Positions 12,801 to 24,491 of a stretch of 64,000 nucleotides of DNA are shown in pieces. The DNA is taken from assembly GCA_047495785.1 (NCBI GenBank), contig JBLDXI010000029.1, positions 496,001 through 560,000 of the forward strand. The letters are read 5' to 3'. The notes beneath the pieces were generated by a model. That model did no database searches, was not told where the DNA came from, and worked only from the letters and a program-made list of their open reading frames with translations. This DNA comes from Lepidodermella squamata. Its lineage: Eukaryota; Animalia; Gastrotricha. Position numbers and translations under genes: made by a program. The first letter of the stretch is position 1. Each line of letters opens with the position of its first letter.

Positions 12801-14330
12801 CCAGACAACAGGTCTTTATTTGTATCTATAGGCGATGATAGGGCATCGAGAAACGGGATCAACTGGCATGGTGGGCAGTCTGTATTGCAGATTTCGAGTC
12901 GAACTATGCCGTTTTTACAAGTCGACACTGCTTTCCGCAGCAAATTATCAACTCCAGCGGTTTGATTGGCTAAGTTCAGCCCATCCACTGAGACTAATAT
13001 GCCACCAGGTCGAATTCCGGCCTTCTGAGCCGGTGATTCAGTCACAACAGCTGAGATGTAGTAGCCTTGAAAAACAGTGAAGCGTTGTTTGGTTGAATCA
13101 ACGCCATCAACGGAGAACAAAGTTGAGACGAAAACGATGCCTAACGCTTCATTCGGGTCGGTTATCGTCACGGGGAAAGACTCGATGTGGGAGAACTGGT
13201 TGATAAGAGGTGTCGAGTCAAGGGTTAGGGTAAAAAATAGCAGTGCGTTCGGCTCATTCGACGGTGGAAGACGCGAAAACGAAGCAACGTGAATGTTCAA
13301 CGGCATCGGTGGTTGTAAATTCAGACCTTCCGGGGTGGTCCTACCCTTGCCACCATCGATATCTATCACTGGGTTTTGTTGTTGCTGATTGCTTGTCTGA
13401 AGATTGATAACCGGACCTTGCGTGGTTGGTCGAGGAAAGAAAGGTGGGAAGCGAATTTTGAAATTCGGCAAAACATGCCGGCGTCTGATGGTCCGCTTAA
13501 TCTTAGCAACTATAATATTGGCCAGCTGAGGAACAGCGCGGCCTTGCACCTGGGTTACCGCGTCGATAACAGTGTGAGGTTCATCGGTGAATGTCACTGA
13601 CCAATGCGTGAAAGGCTGCCTTGAGAACCGTATTTCAATATTGCCAACTAGCTGTCGCAGGCGGATGAAGACGAAAGCGTCTCGTCCGATTGGAAGACCA
13701 ACATCGAGGGAAACATAAAATTCTCCTGCATAACGCAAGTCACATCGTATTGCCACTTCCTATAAAAAAGAACACCGATTTCACCCATCTTGAAAGTGAA
13801 CAAATCTCTTTACCTCAACAATGTCTTTAGACTGATTGGTTTTCCAGTGAGATAGTTTAACGTTAGATATGATTGGAGGTTGATTGCCAAGGCCAAATTT
13901 GTTCAAACGGACGTCTTTGATTAGACGCGAAGGTAACTTCTCCTTCAGCTCTTCCACTTCAATTATAAGCTTTTCACGAAACCATCTAAAAAAGGGGTGG
14001 TTATACGCGGAAAATACATAAAAACCTTTAATAATTCTTACTTTTGCACCTTCTCGGTGTCTTTTAGTTCTGCAAATAAAAACTGGAGGAGGCTACCAAG
14101 CCAAACTTTTGGGTTATCAGCGTCATGAACATCGAGGTCCTAGAATAATAGCACGTGTTAAATTCCAACAATGCAAAATTGTTCTTTAAACTTACAATAA
14201 TCTTAGGAGTTTCGTGCCGCTTCTCAGGCGGTAGTAATATTCTCTCGACAAGGGATTGCCAATACAAAATAATGATCAAGGTCAAGAAAGATCCAATGAG
14301 GCCTCCGAGGCAAAATACAATTAATAGCAT
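9876..14330 (-). CDS. PDZD8: PDZ domain-containing protein 8 (N-terminal TM, SMP, PDZ, C1, C-terminal coiled coil); last exon 10118-9876
   Basis: TM MLLIVFCLGG..; SMP-like region ending RRHVLPNFKIRFPPFF; PDZ SPAQKAGIRPGGILVSVDG; C1 HTL..CTICGK..CMRCGLLCHPRC; GKELFADLDLEERR; last exon (absent from ORF track) reads DQRIRSLCLLIVHYSSGLDDC. Exact donor near 10856-10903 uncertain. Confidence 0.92.
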
Positions 14331-16530
14331 TGCCCTGTGGTCAGGGCTGAAAGGAAACCTTTAAAACAAACAAACTCCATAAAATAGGCTTTATCATCTG
14401 ATATAAAAGGGGATATCATGTTTCATGTTTCTGTGCAAAGTTAGCGTTATGTGTCAAGTCGCCAACGATCATTCTTCATACTCTTGTTTAAAATTCGATG
14501 TTTAAAATATAACTAGAGTAACCCGTAAACTGTTCCTTTTCACACAGTTGAAATCTGAAGAGCGCAAATTGCGACTAGTGATCCGAGAACGGACATACGA
14601 AAAGCAAGCTGGTTTCCTGTATTGAAAAATTGAACCGGCAAAATCAACGAATCGTCGCATTCGATGAGTCATGAGTCACCAGCCGCAAGGTAGGACGTGG
14701 AAAGAGGAAAACGGGAATCAGGGACAGCGGACAGCGCGTAGCAGGTAGCAGACGATACTAAATTCAGACACTAACCAATTCATCCTCAGCCTTCAGATGA
14801 TCATCGGCGACCAGCCGCGAAACTCGACTTTGGATTTTTGAGATTTTTCGCAACTTTCAAAATTCTTGTCACAAATAAAAATAAAATATGTAATATAAAT
14901 TCACTAAAAATATAACACACTAAATTATCTTTAATTACCATCTTCAAAACAATTTCTTAATATTGCCGTATGCATTTTTAGCATTTTTTTCGAGTTCGAT
15001 TGTCTTACGCGCACTTGCTTCGCAGTGCGACGTAATGGGCAGGTCCCAATCATTATCTCTCCTGGAATCTGGAACCCTTAACTGGCAATCATTCGAGCCT
15101 ATCATTTCGTTCGAATTAGGGACAAGCCGCATCGATTTTTACGTTTCAGAATCAATACGTTGGTGCGTCTTCTTATTCCTGGGCTGTGATGTCGAATGGT
15201 TTATAGGAACATCTTGAACATGAGATATTGGTCTCAATAAATCTTGCTGGAAAATGGCTTAACGATAGGATTAACGGGATGTCTACGGAAAAACGATAGG
15301 TCTAAATCTGATCTCATTTCGGAAGTGTATGGTAGAATTGACGCTGATAACAGTTTCATTGTAAAGATGCGCTGGACCAGTTCACTTGTGTTTCTTAAAA
15401 ATTGATCTACACCACTCCCAAAAAGCCAATATTCAAACATGTTACTAATATTGATTGATTATTCCTGTTGGCTAACATTCAAATTTTCCAGTTTCCAGCT
15501 GAAACGATTAGATGACTTATTGTTGCGGACCCAATGTTAAGATCATCGGCAGCGAAGAAAACGCTTAGTGATACAGGGTGTTCCTTTCAAAACCGAACAT
15601 CCTGCCGTAGTCGCGAAAAATAAATCTGCCGGCTATTTTACGAAAATTATTTTACTAAAATTATTTTTAAACACTATTAACAATAAACAATTCAATTGCG
15701 AAATGCCTTTGAATTTTAGCGCGCGTTACCACGTCGACGCGTTGGTTTTCAAATTTTATCCGTTAAAACGCCTGAAATCAGGGTTTTCTAATCCAGTTCT
15801 TAAGATAGTCTGCAAGCGCGCAGCTCCACGCCTGTCAAATTTCAAGTCAGTAAAGCGAGCCGAATGCAATAGCCGCGTCCTTTTTTCTTAATCTATCTCA
15901 GTTTTAGTAATGTGATATACCCAAAATCGGTAAAAAGAGCCTAAAGTTGCGCTTCCTTGCCGTGGAAATCCACTGCGTGTATTCAAAAGACGTCGGTGCA
16001 ATGAGGTTTTCTGCTGTCATTAAGAATGCTAATGGTATATCAAGCGGCCCTGATAAATTGCTTCTCAATTTTGAGTCCGCGGATCAGAGAACCGCACCCT
16101 TTTATGGCCAAAATGCACTGCTGTTAGCTGTTTCACGGTAAAAATGGTAGTGGCATCATATAAATGGACGGAAAGACAGGGAGAAAATGTCGAATTTACA
16201 TCTATGTATGTTGTAGATCCGCGTAAGACATTTGCTCCTTCTTCATTATCAATAGACCCACATCCTGGTGTAGGTACACCACGTCATCCGCAGTGATGCC
16301 GTAGTCCATTCTTACTAGCTGATCAAAGCTGATCTCAAAGGATTTTCTGCGGTTATATATCAAGCATGTTCTAATAGAACTGTTAATATAAAAAAGCAAC
16401 AAGGCAAGGCTATATCAGAGATTTCATTGGAAATCGAGCCGCTAAACTTAATGTTGTTTATATATTTCCCGTTCGTAACGTCGTCAAGTTAAACCTCCTT
16501 GCTTGGATTGTGGCTTATATGCGTTTTACT

Positions 16531-18225
16531 CTTGAGAGGAATAACGTTATGGAGACTCCACTCAAGGAAAATGCTGTTAACGCAAACTCGAAAATCGATA
16601 ATTTACGATCAAGGCAAAAAATGAGCAAAAAATGGTCGCTCACACAAATTAAATCACCATTTTTCAGCCACACGCCATTACGCACTAGAAAATGACCGGT
16701 CGCAGGTAAACTGCAGCGATTTTCACCTTGCTAGACTCAATTTATTCTAAATCCAAATACATATTCGGAAAGCTCAGGTCAGCGCGATTGGATCGGCCGA
16801 AAAACATATTTAAAAAATCGCAATATTAAAGATTGCAGTTGCGATTTACGCGAATCAAGATTATCTCCACCTTCACATTTTTATGCGCATCACAATTGAG
16901 ATTTGACGAGCTCATCTGATCTCCGTGGAGTTAATTTTCCGACCAAGATTAGGAAGTATAGTAAAGATTACATCCGTCAACATTTTTAATTTCCCAGGAA
17001 TAGTAAATCAAAAATAATGATAATTATTGCTCATAGACAATCATGTCATTGCTATTGCCATTACTATTATTTGTGACTTATGGAAATTCACAATTTCCCT
17101 GTTGCAGAACCAAATTTTAGATATAATTAAGAGAGATTATCTGCAATTACATGTATGTAAGCCTTATACACTATATGGCTAGCTGCCACCTATTACTTTG
17201 TGAACACGACTTGACCGTAATTTGTCAAAATTATTCCGTCATTCGATCTATGAATGCCTGGCCAACGAAGCTCAAGTCGTCTGCGATTCGCGATAAAAGC
17301 CCATTTTCGATATTTTCGATGGATTCCGATAAAATTGAATAGAAAGATTCCTCACCAGGAAACTATATGAAAATTTATACCGTATATGCCGAATTAATAT
17401 CCGAGTATCTTATTGTTTGAAAGCAACCGACAACAGGGGGCTTATTCAGGCTGGGGAATTAAATTGAGCTTTGGATAATAATTCGGCATATAGTTTATGT
17501 GAAACTATATTTAATTAGAGTACTATAGGTTTCATCGATTTCTGTTCGGAGCGTAAGCTGTCGTTCCAGCGAACTAAAATTATCGGTTTTGTTGAATTCC
17601 GTTTAATGTGGGATCTCCCGGAGTGAGACCGCATCACTCAGCGCATTAAGATATTCTGAAGGTTCAATTTAAAATACAAGCTCCCGGATCCGGTCCGTGG
17701 ACAGATCGAAAAGGGGAATCTGGGCAAGGGAAAGGGGCGAAATTAAATCTACGGTTAGAATTTAGAATTAGTACGGTTGGGATCGTGCTTGGTGTGTCGA
17801 GATATTAATATATTTGTGCCAAATCGCCAATATTTTCTCAAGTAATTCCACAATACGCTAGCGGAATTGCATGAATCGCTTGATAATCTAGATAATCATG
17901 ATTCGCGTAAATCGCAACTGCAATCTTTAATATTGCGATTTTTTAAATATGTTTTTCGGCCGATCCAATCGCGCTGACCTGAGCTTTCCGAATATGTATT
18001 TGGATTTAGAATAAATTGAGTCTAGCAAGGTGAAAATCGCTGCAGTTTACCTGCGACCGGTCATTTTCTAGTGCGTAATGGCGTGTGGCTGAAAAATGGT
18101 GATTTAATTTGTGTGAGCGACCATTTTTTGCTCATTTTTTGCCTTGATCGTAAATTATCGATTTTCGAGTTTGCGTTAACAGCATTTTCCTTGAGTGGAG
18201 TCTCCATAACGTTATTCCTCTCAAG
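16531..18225. mobile_element. Foldback element with 336-bp terminal inverted repeats (16531-16866 / 17890-18225)
   Basis: Arms are essentially exact reverse complements (CTTGAGAGGAATAACG... / ...CGTTATTCCTCTCAAG); ~1 kb non-coding spacer; no TSD found. Confidence 0.88.
17380..17494. mobile_element. Small pogo/Tc1-like MITE (CCGTA end) nested in the foldback spacer
   Basis: TA|CCGTATATGCCGAATTA versus TAATTCGGCATATAG; a similar relic lies at ~21260-21318. Confidence 0.45.
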
Positions 18226-19012
18226 GCCTTCCTAAGTATTTTAACTATGGACTGCATGCCGCGTCGTTTAAGGTGCACAGCTCCATCTGATATCAGTTCC
18301 TTAGATCGCTTAGACTTGAGGCGGCGAATTCCGAGTAAGGATCGTCTCAGTAAGCAACCCCTACTAAGCGGACCAGTGACACTGCATCCTTACTAGAAGC
18401 AATCTTGCTAAGGATGTCCTTAGCAAGTAACGCATAACAAATACAAGTTCTCCATAGCGTCTCATTAACTTACTTAGCATATCCTTAGCACCCTTAACAA
18501 GGAAATCAACATGGAATGACCATTCGAATCAAGTTAAGTGTCTAACAAAGCGTCATTTAAGCTATTGCATACTAATTGGTAGCATCCGGCGGCGGAGCAC
18601 GTCTTTAAAAGTGAGAAAATAGCATCATTTCAGTGAAGAATTGACTGATATCACCGGATCCGCCGAAGACTTTGGGCAGCCAGGAAAACTGAAACATCGC
18701 TTAGAGACTGACAACCGAGATCTAATTCGTCACAGTTAGATGTCAACTGTTTGCGGCGGCTGCGACCGGAGCAGTTTCATAACAATCAGTTATTTCTGTG
18801 TTCTAATTGATTTCCTTGCGGCAACATTCAAGGCGGGCATAACTGTTTGATGTATTACTGTGGTATCATTCCTAAACAAGTTCAACACCACGTCAGTCTT
18901 TGTCTTTTGATAGGCATCCTTTTGATCTCCGCTCGCGCATAGATGTTACGTTTCTTGTAAATATTTTTTGTGTTAAAACTATTTGAATGATAGAACTTCA
19001 CGACGCAATAAA

Positions 19013-19400
19013 TCTGAAATCGTTTGTTTTTGCTTACTCTTCTGCTTCTCTGGGAAATTCAGCGGGCGAGACGCGTTATACTATTGTAATTTAATACCCG
19101 TCTGATCAGCCAAACGGCGCCGTTTGGAAAACAGGCGGCCGAATTAGACGGCGCGGAAAATGGATAATGCCGCCTGATTCGGCCGTCTGATTTCGGCCGT
19201 CTGATTTGATGCATTTGGTGCATTTTTACAAAATTATACAGGGAAACTCTCCGTTGTTCAGCGGGCATGTTTGCCGGCTGCCCGCTTCAGCCGGCCGTCT
19301 GATTCAGGCGGCGGGCATGATCCTATAAATAGTATAACGCGTCTCGCCCGCTGAATTTCCCAGAGAAGCAGAAGAGTAAGCAAAAACAAACGATTTCAGA
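19013..19400. repeat. Perfect 73-bp inverted repeat (19013-19085 / 19328-19400) around a GC-rich core with CGGCCGTCTGATT repeats
   Basis: Direct reverse-complement match of the two arms. Confidence 0.9.
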
Positions 19401-19559
19401 CGACCTTAGCCCTAATGCGGCCGCTTGAAACTAGTAGTGGCTGAAACGAGTCAGCAGTGAATCGTTTGCAGAATTTTAACCCGATTGTAGCTAGGCATTC
19501 AAATAATGACTAAAATTCATGCATGGACCTCTTATGACCACATAAATGACGAAGGAATG

Positions 19560-20670
19560 CGGCTATAACGCGTTGAAACGTCCTTTAACCAGGATGGGTA
19601 TAGCATCAGAAAGCCGACCCAGCGCTCGAGTTAGGGCGGCAACATCAGCTTTTTTCTGCTTTATCGTCAAGCTGAAATAGTCTCTTAGCAAATTCAATTG
19701 TTATAGCCGCAATCTAACCGCTAAATTGTTAGCTTACATCAAAAATGTTCCGAAAAACCCGAAAAAACTCGAAAAATGCATGCCAAGCCACTGAAACTGA
19801 AAAACCGCGCCGATCAACCTAAAAATAATGGTAACTAAGAAATATACACTCTATTCTACAAGAAAGCGATGAGAAATATTGTTCTAGCCAGATTATTTCA
19901 AGAGCTGGACTATCCTTAAAGTTGTTGATCTGACCTGATGATGACGTCCAATCAGAACGTGCAGGGCAGTGAAAAGTCGATCCTGCGCTTGAGTTCGGTC
20001 GGCAACATCTGCTTTTTCCTGCTTAATCGCCATACTGATATGGTCTCTAAGCAAAATCAACCAATTTTACCCCAATCTGGCCGTTGCATTACTTCCTAAC
20101 ATCAATAAAGTTCCGATAAACCCGAAAAACTCCATTTTAACGTCCAAATGTGCCCTGAGCCATAAAACGTGAAAAACCACGGTGACCACTCAAAATGTCA
20201 TGGTAACTAAGAAATGCACACTCTATTCTACCAGAAAACAATGATCAAAAATGCTAATTAAGCAGATTTCATGACCTGGACCATCTTGAAGAGTGCTCAT
20301 CTGACCAGAGGTGAGATCTAGCGCAGCAGGCATGGCAGAAGGAAGTCAGTCCTGCTCGAGAGTTAGTATGGCAACGCCGGCTTTTTCTTGTTTTATTATC
20401 AAAGTATTTACGTCCCCTAGAAGATTCACTCATTTCAGCCCCCGTTTGACCGCTAAATGTTTGCTAAAAAATCATTAATGTTCCGAATATCCCGAAAAAC
20501 TCCATTTTCTCGACAGTATGGATCCATAGCAGCAGCAAGTGAAAAACCGCGGTGACCCCCAAAACTGTCACGGTAACTAAGTAGTATTTACTCTGCTTTA
20601 CAAGAAAACGATGAGAAACAGTGTTTTTGACGGGAGATTTGTTGGCATAGACCACCTTGAACATGGTGAT
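19560..20670. repeat. Degenerate tandem repeat, ~365-370 bp unit, about three copies
   Basis: GTTCCGA..A.CCCGAAAAA at ~19747, 20110, 20480 and GGTAACTAAG at ~19830, 20201, 20572. Confidence 0.8.
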
Positions 20671-21717
20671 ATTGTAGTCTTTGCTCTGAAAGACTGACTG
20701 GCTGTTCGGGCATGCGTGCTGAAAATAATCATTATCCTACAAGAAAGGCTGTGGTAATCTTGTAGAGAACACAAAACTATACTTAAAAACACTGTTTCCA
20801 CAAGGAATAACCGCGCTCAGATGGAAGTTTTCGCGGTTATACGCCTGAGAACCGCGAAAAATGTCACAAAAAAGGCTTGTTTAGGCTTAGCGGTTACATC
20901 TAACTGAGCCATATTTAGAAAAAAAGACGTCGGCTGCCTTATTATATGCTTGAAATGCTATCAGAAAAACATTGAGAGAGGTGTCGTCACCGGTGACAAA
21001 ATGCGGAATTACGGGGGAGAAGTTGCGCGCCGGGGAACTTGCGGGACGCGGAGCGGCTACAACGCGAAAACGGGCCGCATCGCGCAGCACGCTTTTTCGT
21101 AGCAGCAAAATTTTTATTTAAAAAAAATTATTAATATAATAAAATAAAAATATTTTTAAAAGGATATTTAATTTTGTGCATAAAATTTTGCGGTAGCACG
21201 CGATTTTCCAGCGCGCGCGGCGGATGTTCGGTTTTGAATGGAACACCCTGTAGCTTATGCCGTGTATTCCGAAATATAATTATAAGAACACGCTTTATTA
21301 TTATTTCGGAATATACGCTATCTATCTCTGATTAACAGGATGATTTTGCCGCAATAACTTGAAAAACTATCATCTCTTTTGCTAGGAAAGCAGAAAGCAG
21401 GGAGAGTGTAAGAGACGGAAATGATGATACAATAAACGACTGACGGCAAGCAGCGAAATTACTAATGCGAGTGGAGGCAAAAGAAAATGGTGAAAATGAC
21501 AGAAAACGAGACGCAGAAATGTTTCATCATGGAGAGGCTTTGTGCCTTCACACGTGCCTTCACAGTTCACCATTCACATGTGTTTCCTACACATGAATAG
21601 ATATCCAGACTGGTATAACGTTCATTGTTCAGCTGCACACATCTTTCGTAAACAATAACCACGATCGAAATATGACGGACCCTCCCATCAATTCATGATT
21701 TATCGATATTTATTTAA

Positions 21718-22093
21718 CCCTTAACCGCCGGCGCAATGACGTGTTAACTCGAGCACCTTTCAGAAAATCCCAGAAAATCAAGAAGAGGCTAAAATCAAAT
21801 TCCGAGTCGGCAGAAAGTCTCACATTTAGCCTAAGATTGAAAGCCGAACCTCTTTTTCAGAAGAAATTTACCTGGGTTGCCTATGACGTGTTAACAAGTC
21901 ATTTAGAAATTTTCTAACTATTTTCGACCTGGTCGGAATGGCTTTGAAAATGTGGATTTTCGGGGAGTGCATGTTTCTTGCTATTGATTTATCATAATTT
22001 ATAACGCAACAATGGGTTCGATAGCCCAAATCCTCCGACCACGGTGAATTTACTCCGGAATTAACGCGTGTACACGTCTTCGGCGGCTAAGGG
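21718..22093. mobile_element. piggyBac-like MITE
   Basis: TTAA|CCCTTAACCGCCG ... CGGCGGCTAAGGG|TTAC: CCC/GGG ends and a near-TTAA target duplication. Confidence 0.7.
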
Positions 22094-22099
22094 TTACGG

Positions 22100-22400
22100 C
22101 TCTATTATTCGACTTCCAAAAACATGAGCATCAGCTGGGGCCTAATCCTATAGGCCAGATTTTTATCCATCTCGGCCCATGTCGATTTACGCCCTTCGAG
22201 ATTTACGAGCCACTCTTCCTCCTCGCTTTAATCAATGTTTTAATGTTTGTTTAAGTCGCCTAATGCTTTGACAGAAAATTCACATATTTTGCAAGCGAAA
22301 GTGTCCTTAACTTCATCAAATTTCCAGTAAATATCCGGATATTCGCCCAATGCTGCTTTTTTCCAATTTATTTTGAGTAACACACTAGTGTTTTTTTTTT
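22100..22400 (-). pseudogene. Decayed zinc-finger (C2H2/BED-like) coding fragment
   Basis: FACKICEFSVKALGDLNKH followed by a stop/frameshift; abuts the piggyBac-like MITE. Confidence 0.35.
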
Positions 22401-23179
22401 CGTTTTTTCGTGCTGCAATGCTCCAACTTGTGCTCCAACGGTATAAGATATGTGAGAATCGGAGCCGAAATGACTGCGCTATGAAAACATAAAGTCGGCT
22501 CAACATTTATGCCCCATACTGTATAACAGAAAGCAACGCCTTTATTGCTTAATTATGGTTTAACTAGTTACTGGCCGCGCTAGTTTGAACCAAGGGGCCA
22601 GAGTAAAACATGACTCGCGCGCTAACCTAGTCAACGGCGTGCGTATTACCATTATGGCACCCTGCGAGTTACGCGCGCGTCTAATAGCGCTAGAGCCAAG
22701 TGCGTGCCAGGTGCTTAAATCCCTATAGGCGTACAACATATATAAGTCTTTCGGGCGCTCGTTAACAATAGAGTGACCATAGCAGATAGCAGGCGCGCCG
22801 TCTACACCAACACATTCCTGTCGTCACTAATAGCGTATAATATATAGCAAGTACTCGTAGTGACCCTTTTCCTTATTGCCGATTTAAAATCTCGTTGTGC
22901 GCATTCTTTACCCTATTCACATTAAAGCCTTTACGGACTTGTCAATATCATGGTGTTCTGATATTTTATTCTTGGACATCTCAATTTTGGAGCATTTACC
23001 ACACAAGTAGTCAAACAAAACATCTTCTGTCATAGACTTCATAGCTAGTTTCTCTGCTTCAATTCTATTGAAAGAAGGAGCTTATAGTCCTGAAGACATG
23101 AAAAATGATGCAGGTTTTTGGACATTGAATATCTTCTCTAATAGGTTAATACGTTCGTGTACGCCCAGTTTTGAGGGTA

Positions 23180-23707
23180 TACCTCACTTGCGCATTTATC
23201 ACTTGCGCATTAACGTTTTATAAAAATTTTCACTTGCGCATTTTATTCGAAATTATTCCCTAGTGAAAATCGGTTGCACAAAACTGACGAAAAATGCAGA
23301 TTGCACCAAAATGCTGCTTAATTTGGCACCTCCACTCTGAGGTATTTAGCAAAAACTTTCAAAATTGACCATTTTTAAGGCAAAAATTTTTGTAGAAAAG
23401 CGCATTGAGCAACTTATAAATGGTGAATTTTGAAAGTTTTAGCTAAATACCTCAGAGTGGAGGTGCCAAATTAAGCAGCATGCAACCGATTTTCACTAGG
23501 GTTTTCACTAGGGTTGGAATTTATTGCTGTTTCACAGGCACTGAGTATTATTATCATGAAAATGTTTAGTGAAAAATGTAATAACGTATTGGGCATCATC
23601 TTGCAAAACCTGTCTTTTCAATAGAAGTTTTCATAATAATAAGACTCAGTGCCTGTGAAACAGCAATATTTTCCTATAATTTCGCATTAAATGCGCAAGT
23701 GAAGGTA
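23180..23707. mobile_element. Foldback/MITE with outer TIR and two internal hairpins
   Basis: Outer TACCTCACTTGCGCATT / AATGCGCAAGTGAAGGTA; internal palindromes ~23258-23501 and ~23524-23667. Confidence 0.75.
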
Positions 23708-24491
23708 ATTCAGTTTTGAAATATCATTGGTCATTTTTGTAATTCAGCTTGGTTATTAACTAATCTAGAGAGTTCTTCAATATATCAATATTCTCAATTT
23801 TTCCTGGGAAATGTTCTCGTTTCAGCATTGCGACCTATCAAGTTTTCCGTTGTAAAATAATATTGCTATAGAAATATGCCGAAAGATAAGCCGAAAGATG
23901 CCGAAGAATTTTTAAGAATAAGCGCATTGCCTGAATATACTATTTGCGATTTCCTTATCAAGAAAAGAATTATTACCTAGTTAATTTGAATTAGATGAGA
24001 ACAGTCCTAGTGTTTAAACCGGCTTAAACCGAGCCGTCGCGCGCGAACGCCACACACCGAGTAGGGTAGTGTCAATTTTGTCCAAACCCTTAAAAATGTA
24101 AGTGTGCGTAGCAATCAGCCGCCTGGTATTAAAGCCCTCGTTTTGACGCAGTATTTCATAAATCGCGACGAGTAGACTTGAAAATTTGAAAAAACATTTT
24201 TTTAGGTAGGCCACGCCAGTAAATGGTAAGGGACCCTTACCATTTACTAAGGGTCCCCCGGTGGTCAAAGTACGCCAGACGTCATTTTGGGGGTGAAGAC
24301 TGCGGTCGCTCATCTACGTCACTGAACTGTCCTGCATTCTGAAGCCTTTTCCTTTACATACTTATGTTTACTGAGAGTGGGCGTTATGAAATTATAACGC
24401 TTGGTTGTATAGTTTCTCCAATAAGTCATTTGTTATTTGCATGTAGGAAACCAAATTAAAAAATAATTGTGTCCGTTGGGCTTTTTCAAGC

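Larger units (their letters stand above)
15574..21250. mobile_element. Tc1/mariner-type non-autonomous element (or two ends of one family) enclosing nested insertions
   Basis: TA|CAGGGTGTTCCTTTCAAAACCGAACATCC at 15574 and its 1-mismatch reverse complement ending ..GGAACACCCTG|TA at 21250; TA flanks on both sides; no transposase ORF inside. Confidence 0.7.

Noticed and set aside
11202-13600. Plus-strand ORFs up to 228 aa overlapping PDZD8 (and similar antisense ORFs over Bre1, HDAC3, AGBL5)
   Set aside because: Shadow ORFs of GC-richer coding sequence with no motifs
19560-20670. Regularly spaced repeats as a possible CRISPR-like array
   Set aside because: Whole ~370-bp units are homologous (no unique spacers); eukaryotic context, no cas genes
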